Shown here: positions 1 to 10,224 of the stretch, piece after piece
How positions within the stretch are numbered: the first letter of the stretch is position 1
Layout of the letters: every line of letters begins with the position of its first letter
NCBI GenBank assembly: GCA_964106645.2
Contig: OZ067043.1
DNA: 64,000 bases
Reading direction: 5' to 3' (one strand)
Source of the DNA: Podarcis pityusensis
Lineage: Eukaryota
Translations under genes and position numbers: made by a program
The notes under the pieces: generated by a model
What the model was told of the DNA's origin: nothing
Databases searched by the model: none
What the model saw: the letters and a program-made list of their open reading frames with translations, nothing else

Positions 1-469
1 CAGGGCCTGTGCTTCTTCTTCCCCTCTCCACACCAGATGCTGGGAGTGGTGGTGGTTTTACATGATACATTGTGATGTGGAAAACCTGATATTGCCCAGC
101 CCTAATTCAACCTAGGGCTCCTTGAAAAATCTGTCTTATGTTCCTCAGGCCTGCACTGCGGTAACAGTGCCCTGCTGGTAAACCTTTAAAAGGAAATACA
201 GTGAGGGAGGAATACATTGGAATTTAATCTTATTTGTATTATTTGCAAGGAGGATATTACTGTGTCAAGTATTTTCAGTTCAATAATATGTATCATTTAG
301 TCAAAGGACCCCTTGACAGGTGATGATTTCATACATTTAGACATAGGAAAACTGCATGTAAATCATCATCTGTGACAAGCATATGTATTTCTGTTGCCTT
401 TCTTAGCATCCTGAATAAGAATGGGTGTGTCTGTGTCTGTTTATTTCACATTTTATTGCAAAACAAACC

Positions 470-886
470 TAATTCACATTTTCTGAAGAAATAACACAAA
501 CCAAAACACAACTATCCTTCTAAATTTGCCCTTCTCTGAATTGTGTGGTGCAGGGCAAATATTGTGCATAAAAAAGAGTATATCATGAGAATGTGTACAT
601 AAAAATGCACATATTGGTGAAAATAACATAGAAAAATGCATTATATGAGGGGAAATTGTATACAAAATGTGTATATTAGAAGAAATACACACTAAAATGC
701 CGATATTGCAAGGGGGTTGGTCTAGGTGACCCTTAGAGTCACTTTGAACTCTATAGTTCTGTGATTTGAAGAGAAATTCTTATAAGAACTTAAAAAAAAA
801 AAAAACTCCTGCAAGTTCATGCGAAGATGTGGAACTGAACTCCATATTATCTGGAGAAGGTGAAAATGACAGATTCACCCATCCCT
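470..886. mobile_element. Old non-autonomous DNA transposon (hAT-like), interrupted by a CR1-type tail
   Basis: AT-rich body ending in gacagattcacccatccct (terminal repeat agggatgggtgaatctgtc). A related copy in opposite orientation lies near 36020-36245. Confidence 0.5.
706..766 (+). mobile_element. CR1 LINE / CR1-tailed SINE 3' end
   Basis: gggggttggtctaggtgacccttagagtcactttgaactctatagttctgtgatt resembles the CR1 3' stem-loop and (attctrtg) tail. The same tail is on the SINEs at 38556, 40764 and 61101. Confidence 0.6.
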
Positions 887-1664
887 TGTCCCAGATTCCT
901 CAGACTCATGGTAGCTGCTTTTTGCTTCCTTAAGGAGCACAATTTATGCTCCTTTCTCTGTTTTTCCATTAAGTCAGAGAAGCCCGGCTCATCAGAGGTG
1001 TGTGGCAGGAGTAGATAATCCAGGTTGACCCTCACCCTCACTAGTTTCTTTATCTTCATTCCCTCCCTTTCCATGACTTCCTCAGAGGTGAGGAATCTGG
1101 AATCTTTTGGCCTCTCATCAGCCCCACATGAATCCCTATCTGGACTGACTTCTGGCTGGGCTACTCATGAGCAAGCAGCTGGTCTTTCCCACAGTGTGCA
1201 TTTCACCAAGTCTACTCTTGGTGTATGCATTGGAAAGGCAAAGTCAATCACAGTTCTCATCCTGTCTGTGTACATTCTGCAAAACAGATCTTTTGGCCAC
1301 ACATGATGGTGTGAAATTATATCTCTATAGGGAAATGTTGCAAGCAAACATTAGACCGTACCCTGCCTAAACAAGAGCAAGAAAATCATCTCCATGTCAA
1401 GATCAGTTGTGCTATGTAGCACAAGAACTGTGTTTCAAGTTCTGTGAAATAAACTCAACAAGCTTATCCAGTCTCTAATTCTCTTCATATATATATAATT
1501 TTATTAAGTTTTCATATTTTTCCTTTGTCACATTCATATCAAATCATATAATCACATACAACTTTGCTCATACTGAGCATCGACTCCCCCCACTCCCACT
1601 CCCTGGCTTTCTTAAGCAATCACAATCCTCTTAGCATTTCTTTATCACCCTATTTACCTTCTTA

Positions 1665-2030
1665 AAGGTAAAGGTAAAGGTACCCCTGACCATTAGGTCC
1701 AGTCATGACCGACTCTGGGGTTGCGGCGCTCATGTCGCTCTGTGGGCCGAGGGAGCCGGCGTTTGTCTGCAGACAGCTTCCGGGTCATGTGGCCAGCATG
1801 ACTGAGCCACTTCTGGCGAACCAGAGCAGCGCACGGAAACACCGTTTACCTTCCTGCCGGAGCGGTTCCTATTTATCTACTTGCACTTTGACGTGCTTTC
1901 GAACTGCTAGGTTGGCAGGAGCAGGGACAGAGCAACGGGAGCTCACCCCGTCGCGGGGATTCGAACCGCTGACCTTCTGATCAGCAAGTCCTAGGCTCAG
2001 TGGTTTAACCCACAGCGCCACCCGCGTCCC
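1665..2030 (-). mobile_element. Sauria SINE (Squam1/POM-type), full length
   Basis: tRNA-like head gggacgcgggtggcgctgtgg, B-box ggttcgaatccc, (accttt)n tail. 14-bp TSD tatttaccttctta at 1651-1664 and 2032-2045. Confidence 0.93.
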
Positions 2031-2099
2031 ATATTTACCTTCTTACTATACTTAAAAAAATTACTTTAGTATTTGTAAATCAGTTTCAAAAATTATCAT

Positions 2100-2828
2100 T
2101 GTGGATCGAGGGCCCCGGCCCCGCTAAGTGAAATAAATACACATGGACACGTGGTATAAGGTTAATGGGCAAGAAAAAGGCCACAACTTTATTGATTACA
2201 GCAGTGAAAAGGTATTGGCTTAGGCATTGGATGACTATAGGTGGTGGGTTTATTCAACAGTAGGTGGAGCCTGTTGATGCTCATCCAACTATAGGCTCAC
2301 CCCCTGATGTCACCGAGGGTCGTGCCATGGCCTCCCGCCAAGCAGGCATCGGACGGAATACACGACCGCCGGATTCCTTTAACGGAATAACCCACGGTAG
2401 ATAGCATAGGCGATGGCCACACCTAGCCCTTAACACATCACAACAAATGAATCCAATGCCTAACCTACCCACCAATACCACAAAAGTTGTGACGATTGCT
2501 ACGAGGTAGGCGAAAAAACCAAAAAGCCGAATGCCAAATGGAAAAATTCCTACCAGGCCCCCCAGACAACCGGGGCGACCAACCTAGGGTCCATAGCAAG
2601 GCCAAAACCTAGACCCTGAGCTAAAAGGGAGTGGAGGGTGGGTGACTCGCTGCGGGTCGACGAGGACTGAGGGGGAGGAGAAGCCGGCGCCGCAGCATTA
2701 AGCTGCTGAACACGCCCCTCGGAGGCACCTGGTTGGCTGCCCCCGGTGGGCGTGGGCGCCGGCCGGCCAGGTAAGGAGGGGCAGGGGCTAAGGCCCCTGC
2801 CAGGGCGGAGTCCGGGCTCCCGCCCACA
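2100..2828 (-). mobile_element. Solo LTR (probably Gypsy/ERV type), CpG-rich
   Basis: TGTGG...CCACA termini with imperfect terminal inverted repeats. GC-box-rich U3-like end at right. AATAAA on the minus strand at 2188-2193, about 90 nt from the 3' end. Interrupts an AT-rich L1 3'UTR. TSD is only imperfect (atcat/accac). Confidence 0.7.
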
Positions 2829-2950
2829 ACCACTCCCCTCTCTTGCAGGGAGGAGAGTCCTTACAAAATATTTTAAATCAAATCTGCAAACGTTCTCAAA
2901 TGTTTACAGTGCTCTTTTATATATTGTATAAATTTACTCCAGTCCTTTTC

Positions 2951-4372
2951 TTTTATTTTTTTGTTTTATTGTTACCGTTCACATTAACACACCATACAGA
3001 AAAAGAAAATAAATTTCCATCACCACCAAAGAAAAAAGAAGAGAATTAATACATCAACTAATAACCTTCAAAACATAAAATAAAAGTGGTCTTTTTCTAT
3101 CAACCAGACTTCCCGTCTATTCCTTATTACAGATTCGGTATTATTTGTTCACTGCCAATGCATAACTAGTTTTGTTCAAATTCAATATCCCTTGATCCAT
3201 TCATAGGTTTTACCACATTCTTAACACTGCTACTGAAATTATTCGAACACTGCATATGACCTTAGACTACTACTATTATTTATCAAATATATTTTAAAAA
3301 CGTTCCATTTTGAGATAAATACCTGTTTTGGGTTGTTGTTTTTTTATCTTTTCTGACATGCTATCTAATTCTGCGTATTCTGCCAATTTTTGAATCCATT
3401 CTAATCTTGACGGGACTTTATCGCTTTTCCAATTTGCCTCAATGAGAACTCTTGTTGCGACCGTAGCATATAAGAAGATCTCTTTAGCCTTTTTAGGAAT
3501 ATCTGAATCTGTGATTCGCAAAAGGAAAGCTTCTGGTTTCCTATTTAAATATATTTTAAATATTTTTTCCAATTCTATGTGGATGTCCTTCCAAAACACC
3601 TTGATTTCTTTACACTGCCACCACATATGGAATACAGTACCTGGCTTTTCTTTACACATCCAGCAGTTATTTGGGACATTTTTTAACATCTTGGACAATT
3701 TCCAGGGGGTTAAATACCACCAATGCTGCATTTTAAGAAAATTCTCTCTCAGAGAGTAACAGGCTGTAAAATTTCAATTTGTTTTAGACAGGCTTTCCCA
3801 CTGCTTCATTGTTACTGAGTACCCAAAATCTTGTGACTACTTACGGTAATCACAGCCGCTGTAACATCCTCCTCCTTGACTTCCCAGTCAAGGAGGAGTT
3901 GGTATACTTTAGAAAGTGTTTTAATTCTGGAGTTCACCAAATCCTATTCAAATCTAGAAGTCTCAGTGGAAAAACCCTTTTGTTTGTCAATTTTGAATGT
4001 CTCAAATAATTGGTGATACTGAAACCAATCAGAAAGGCACTCACTTATTTCCCCGAAGCTTTTTAATTTCAATTGGTTATTATCCTCCTTTAGGAGTACT
4101 TTATACGTTGGCCAGGGTTCCTGGGTATTTTTTCTCTTGACCGCCTTAGCCTCTGTTGGCGAGATCCACCAGGGAACCTTGGGTTCGAGCAGGTTTTTAT
4201 ACTTCTCCCAAACCGTCATTAGGGATTTCCTAATAATATGGTTTGAAAAATTCCTATGAAATTTTGCTTTCACATACGCTAAGTACGCATGCCATCCTCA
4301 TCGATTGCCATAACCCTCCAAGTCTAAGAGGTCTGGGTCCTGCAGCATACACCACGCCTTTAACCAGGTGAG
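2951..4372 (-). mobile_element. Younger 5'-truncated L1/Tx1-clade LINE ORF2 3' part (frameshifted)
   Basis: 15-bp TSD actccagtccttttc at 2936-2950 and 4373-4387. A-rich tail. ORFs 3944-4273 and 3294-3731 carry the C-terminal zinc knuckle CWMCKEKPGTVFHMWWQC and the WYLTPWKL motif. Confidence 0.92.
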
Positions 4373-4898
4373 ACTCCAGTCCTTTTCAAACAGTTCATCA
4401 CGCTGGTTTCAGATTTTCCCTGTCAGCTTTGCCAGTTCTGCATATTCAGTCCTTTTTATCTGCCATTCTTCCAAAGTTGGAAGTTCCTGCTGCTTCCATT
4501 TCTGGGCTAAAAGTGTCCTTGCAGCCATGGTAGCATACATAAACATATTTAAATCTACTTTTGAAATTTCTTCTCCCACAATACCCAATACAGTCTCTAA
4601 TTCTTTGGTCATGTTAAAACACACAGTTTTTTCCTTTTTAAAAATTACAGCTGCAGGGTGAATCAAGAGCAGGACTATGATGTAGGGATGTAGGATTTAT
4701 CCCTTTTCTTCTGTGCTGCACTTCTGGTGAAAATTGGCCTTTTGGTGTTGCTATTTTGTACCAACAAGAAGCTGCCATTGGAGCCCAAAAGTTAATTTCT
4801 CCGCCCAACAGATTCCATTTGGAAGATAAATGGAAAATAACTTCAGTCACTCAAATACAATAGATCACTATTTTCTAGGTATCTGTGAAAGTATATAA

Positions 4899-4938
4899 AG
4901 CCCCTGAAGAAGGCATTTTGGCTGAAACACATTGGGCT
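4899..4938 (+). ncRNA. Decayed minimal type-I hammerhead ribozyme of Penelope-like-element type
   Basis: agccc CTGAAGA aggc atttt ggct GAAA cacatt gggct: both core boxes, stem I agccc/gggct, stem II with one mismatch. Stem III acacat fits a CpG-decayed palindromic acgcgt. Confidence 0.7.
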
Positions 4939-5148
4939 ATTTATAAAAATTCATGCAGTCTTTCTTTTTGGAAGCTAATGAGTGTTTTTACCCAAAGGCG
5001 AACTACCTGCTTTACATTCTATGGCAATTCAGTGACAAGGAGGTAGTATTGGTTGCTAAAGTGGTATTTAACTGAGCTGAAGGAGGCTGAACAAGGGGCA
5101 GTAGATGAAAATTTCAGTGGAACATTTTCAAAAGAGGAATAATTTAAC

Positions 5149-5308
5149 CAGGGGTGCCAATTTGAATAAAATATTGGGGGGGCCCCACATAATCACATGA
5201 CACAACACACCATCAACAATGCCCATCAACTTCAGAGGGGCCCAGCTCCCGCAAATATTTTATTGGGGTAGTCCAAGGAACCTCAGCCCCTAGGGGTTGG
5301 TTCCTGTG
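5149..5308. mobile_element. hAT-type MITE
   Basis: Ends caggggtgccaa / ttggttcctgtg, 8-bp TSD aatttaac/aatctaac. Same family as 9033-9218. Confidence 0.75.
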
Positions 5309-5529
5309 AATCTAACCATTCATTGTCAAAGAAAACTAGTATTTGCCTAAACTGTTGGAGCTAAAACTTCACAAATTCACTTAGGCACAGTTTCTGTATT
5401 TTGTTGTACTTTATTTAATATTTTTGTATTTGTTTTGTGAAACTAAAACAAGCTACAAAACCCAACAACATCCAATTTTCATATTAAATACAACTGAGTC
5501 TGAACATCTCCAGCTGTCTTTAGCAAGTC

Positions 5530-5700
5530 AGACCATTCGTGCAGTCTAACCCAGTTGTGTCTGCACTGACTGCCAAGATATCCAAGGTCTTAGGCAGTGA
5601 TATTTCCCAGACTTTGCTATCTATGATCTTTCAAATGGAGATGATGGGAACTGAACCTAACAGTTTGCACATCCAAATCACGTGCTTGTACCATGGGACC
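5530..5700 (-). mobile_element. Degenerate tRNA-Ala-like/CR1-tailed squamate SINE (Squam2-like)
   Basis: gtcagaccatt...cactgactgcc...tggagatgatgggaactgaacc...; aligns by eye to the copy at 17226-17419. Confidence 0.55.
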
Positions 5701-6556
5701 AGTGACTCATCTTCTAGCTGTGACTAGAAGTGGATGGACAGAGGAGAGCATACAACGAAAAACATAACTGCAGAGTGAAACATATTCTCCAGGGTTAATA
5801 CATCTGCCCTATTCACTTTACCCTTCTGTCAGTTCAAGGAGAAAAAAACCATATCTAGGGCTTGGGGATGGAAGTAAGTGAACGGGCATGGCAGGTTTAG
5901 AGGCTAGCAAATTGGGTTAGGAAGGTCAAAGAGTGTTGACTATTGGCTGTATGATCTTGTATATATCAGCCATTTTAATCATATAGCGCTAATTATTTCA
6001 GTTTATATCTTATATCTGCCAAGTTGGGATAGTGGTGGCAAGGTAAAGGCAAGGTTGAACAAGGCAAAGGAGGCTTATCACAGACTAGTTTTGTTGTTTT
6101 AAACTAGGGAACAAGACTGACTTAGAAGCTTTAATAGGGACAGGGCAATACTACTTGCTCCAGCTGAGAGGTCTGATTTTCTGCCTCTTGTCACTAAAAT
6201 ATCCCTGCCTGACTTCACTCGGGGCCTGGTTCTGAACCTACTGTGGAAATCTTAGGTCCTCACAATAGCTTTATGAAATAGATTAGACATCAAATTTTGT
6301 CACTCAGTGAGTGTTTTAACCTGGTTCTCCTGACCAGACCGAACCTTCAATTTACTCCAGTATGTGTGCTTCATATACACAGATGCTTAGTGTAAGTACA
6401 AAGTATTCCTTCTTCATGGTGATAATACTCTGTGTTTTTTTACCTTCTTCTTGCATTTTGTGTTCTCCTAGAGGGCTTTTTTTTTTAAGCCCTTCCTTTT
6501 GCTCCACCTCTCCCCACTCTCCAAAAATGATTAGAAAGAATTATTGCCATTAGGAC

Positions 6557-6816
6557 NNNNNNNNNNNNNNNNNNNNNNNNNNNNNNNNNNNNNNNNNNNN
6601 NNNNNNNNNNNNNNNNNNNNNNNNNNNNNNNNNNNNNNNNNNNNNNNNNNNNNNNNNNNNNNNNNNNNNNNNNNNNNNNNNNNNNNNNNNNNNNNNNNNN
6701 NNNNNNNNNNNNNNNNNNNNNNNNNNNNNNNNNNNNNNNNNNNNNNNNNNNNNNNNNNNNNNNNNNNNNNNNNNNNNNNNNNNNNNNNNNNNNNNNNNNN
6801 NNNNNNNNNNNNNNNN
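6557..6816. other. Assembly gap (260 N)
   Basis: Run of N. Confidence 1.
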
Positions 6817-7227
6817 AGCCATCCAAGGAGCAGTTAGGGATGTTCTTAAATGGGGAAGACAAAGTAATCAGGGCCGCGACTTCCTGACTAAAGGATCCTC
6901 TTCCGGAGATGAAGAGCTGTATGTCTGAGCAAGAAGTACATACACTTTGTGTCTCCCTTTGAGACCGTTGAGGCCTTATAGAGCCACTTCATGCCATGTC
7001 CTTTCCAAATGTAAGGCCACATCGGGCACCTGATCATACAAACGTGTGTGGTTCTAGGTCTGCACCAGGGAGAGCAGGGATCATATCATCTAACCATGTA
7101 TGGCTAAAATTAATGATGTATGAACCAGGTGCCATGTTGAAGATGAGATTAATGTAAGAGATAATGAAATTACTGTAGACATCTACTGCACATCATTTGC
7201 TTATAGGATTCTGCTCTAAGACTTAAG

Positions 7228-7363
7228 CAGGGATGATGAACTTGTGACCATCCAGGTGTTGGACTCCCAATTCCCATCATTTGCAGCCAGCATGGCCAAT
7301 GGTGAGGGATTATGGAAACTGTAGTCCAACAGTATCTGGAGGACCATAGGTTCCCCACCTCTA
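7228..7363. mobile_element. About 135-bp palindromic squamate MITE (hAT-Charlie-like)
   Basis: Internal inverted repeat ggactcccaattcccatcat / attatggaaactgtagtcc. Same family at 25157, 50691, 54449 and 60908. Confidence 0.8.
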
Positions 7364-7549
7364 GTTTAGGAGGCTTCCTGAGCCCAAGATTGTACCCTTT
7401 GACTACCTGGACTAATAACCTTGGTACTATGACCCCACCTTTTACTATTCCCCCCGTCTACCCATGTTTTTACACACACAGCTGCCAATTGAAGATATCA
7501 GTTCAGAAACCTGATAGTGGTCTCTAGGACACAAAAGTGCTTTAAATAT

Positions 7550-7620
7550 TAAATTTGTTAGTTAAGGTGCTTATATAGGACTCCTTTGTTATTTTTGCAG
7601 CAGACACACAGCCACCCTTT
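7550..7620 (+). mobile_element. Degenerate Penelope-like element terminal fragment
   Basis: aaatttgttagttaaggtgct...ggactcctttgttatttttgcagcagacacacagccaccct resembles the common reptile PLE end. Confidence 0.5.
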
Positions 7621-9032
7621 TGTGTTAATAACTGTCATAGAATCCATAACTATGCCCCAGTTATTAGCTCAATTATGCCAGTGTCCTTCCTATCTCTTAC
7701 TAATGCTGTAGACCCATCATGTGATGTATAGAGTTGTACCATCTTAGTCGAAGTATGTTGCCTTTCACACCTGTCAAATCCCTTCTAGGTTCCTGTGTTT
7801 TGGCAAGTGATAATAAAAGGTCCCTTTTATATTTTCCCAGTCACAGTCTTATGGATGTCTTGCGTTTTTCTTGTGTGTCTGAGGCATCAAAGGTGGTCCC
7901 AGAGGTGTGGTTGATGGTAGAGTTACAGTCTGAACTTGAAGGCAATTCTAGAGATGTATCGGAGCTGCCATGGAATTGTTTGACGTTGTTCTTCTCTTCT
8001 TCAATTGGTTCTTTTTCTGCTTCTAGGATCCTTTTTGTCCTCAGCCAAAATACTTCCCTAGCCTTCTAATTCTTCCCTAGCCTTCTTCCAGCCAGCTTGC
8101 CCCCCGTCTTCTGAGACCAAGGCCAAGTGGGAGTATCTGGGATGGAAATGAAGTCCACAAAACCTTTAAAAACAAAACAAGACTTTCCCAAACTTAGTGA
8201 TTAGCATTCTTCATAGGATACATTCTTTTATATTTGGGTGTAAATGAATTTGGCATTTCAGATTGGACAAGTGGGATGTTAGAAATGAATTAGAATGAAC
8301 AGGAAGATCACTTAATTAATACTGCAGGAGGTGTCCATTCTATAAACAGAAAACAGTGGATATGGAGTTCACGAGAACACACTTGAACAGGCATGACAAT
8401 ACCACTCTGCTCCTTCCATCCTAGATAAGAAGGCTTCCTCATCACACCTCAGTGTGATCACGTTTGTCCCTGCCACATCACAGGCAGGGTAGGCAAGGAA
8501 ATGGAGCACAGTGCATAGCTTGTAAAATGCCACTGGATGAGATTAGAGCAGGATGGGGCAACAATGTAAACAGGACAAGCTTTGTAAACACAACTGCAGC
8601 TGGGATAAATTTAGCTGGTTGGGGTTGCAGCCATAGCACTGCAGGACACTGTGTCAGGGCATTCTTGCTAGGAGGGGAAACTGGATAAACAAACACAGCT
8701 TGTCGCTTCTTCTTTGCTTTGTCCCTCAATTGTGTCCCAACATTGTTATTCCAGTTGGACAATTGTGCCGCACACTGAAGGAACCAGGCATAAATTTATG
8801 GGTATTTTGATGTCCTCATCCCTTTACATTACTTGTACTTATGGATATTTGCTTATGAGTGTGGGTCCTTTCTGACTCTCCTGAGAGCCAAACTGTGCCC
8901 ACCAAATGTTATCCAATACAATCTCTTGAATGTTCAGGAGTGTGTGCAATCTGCATACTGTGTGTGTATTTTATGCATGGTTCCTTAAATATGTACACTT
9001 GAAGAAAGAAACTCTTGAGCCAACACCAGGAG

Positions 9033-9218
9033 CAGGGGTGCCAACTTGAGTAAAATATGAAGGGGCAAGTAAGCCCCGCCCCGCACAACTGATCACATGA
9101 CACAGTGTGCACACACTATTTGAATGGCAATGCCCATCAACTTTGAGGGAGCCCAGCCCCCTCAAATATTTTATGGGGGGTCTGAAGACGCCTTGGCCCC
9201 TATTAGTTGACTCCTATG
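9033..9218. mobile_element. hAT-type MITE
   Basis: TIR caggggtgccaact / agttgactcctatg, 8-bp TSD accaggag/accaggac. Confidence 0.8.
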
Positions 9219-10224
9219 ACCAGGACTATAATTAAAACACACAAAAACACAAACAGACAAACTCAGAGGTAGCATTCAGAAGTATGAAAATACCTTTGAA
9301 CATTGTATGGGGAAATATATTCCAAGAAGTATTTGGCTGCTATAGATGTGTGAACTACAAAGGCCTTTAACTTGCTATCTCAAGATATCTGAGGGTCTGT
9401 CTATGTTAACTTACAGAGAGAGCACTTTAATTCCCAAGCCTTCATTACAAGGCATTTTGGAGATGAAAGTCTTTGGAACTTTCTGAGTTCCAAAGAAAAA
9501 GCCAGATAAATTTTATCGGCTTTTACTCTAGAAGCAATATGCTTTAAAGCAAGATATATATATATATATGCAGTGTAGTGCTGGTCTATGCTGTAAGGCC
9601 ATCTGATTTTCATTTCTTATCACATGGATGCCCACATTCACCATTTCAAGCACATGCATTCTCACACCTACCTATTGGCAGAAAAATCTGCATACCCATA
9701 ACATTCTGTCCACATTTGATATAAAATCCAATGACATGTGACATTTGGAAAAGGTCGCTTCTCCCCCCAGAATTCATAATCCTGCTCCAGCCAAAGAATC
9801 CACAAGGTCATCATCTCTTCAGTGGGTCTATTGATTCCTCGGGGTGGGGGGGATGAGAAATGGGATAGGGATTTCTTTATCCATCCAGCAAAAGGGGCTG
9901 AGGATGGAGAGGTTGTAGGATAATTACTAGGTGATGGGGGAGTTGCCTGTTAGTCTGATGACAGCTTCAGAGATTGCATGAGAGAGGATAATTAGCTGAA
10001 AACAATCCAAGAGTCATGGACTCCATATAGAGCAGGTATCAACTACATGTTCATATGGAGTTATGAAGTAAAGGTCAGGCAAGAGGGGAGACTGGTTTTG
10101 CACTTGAGTCATGCTTGTGGACTTTCCATAGGCATCTGGTTAGCACTGTGAGAATAGGATGCTAGACTAACACGCTTGGCAGGCTTGATAGAGCTTGTGG
10201 GCCAAGGCCCATGCCTGATCTTAG

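Larger units (their letters stand above)
1483..4590 (-). mobile_element. Old 5'-truncated L1/Tx1-clade LINE (ORF2 C-terminus plus 3'UTR) hosting three younger insertions
   Basis: 14-bp TSD cagtctctaattct at 1469-1482 and 4591-4604. ORF2 C-terminus GIVGEEISKVDLNMFMYATMAARTLLAQKWKQQELPTLEEWQIK...AELAKLTGKI*NQRDELFEKDWS continues across the nested L1 as KFIQYIKEHCKHLRTFADLI*. Confidence 0.85.

Noticed and set aside
313-379. Inverted repeat acaggtgatgatttcatac / gcatgtaaatcatcatctgt
   Set aside because: Imperfect and typical of the many tiny decayed MITEs here; no independent support for an RNA.
6485-6862. ORFs spanning the N run
   Set aside because: Artefacts of the assembly gap.
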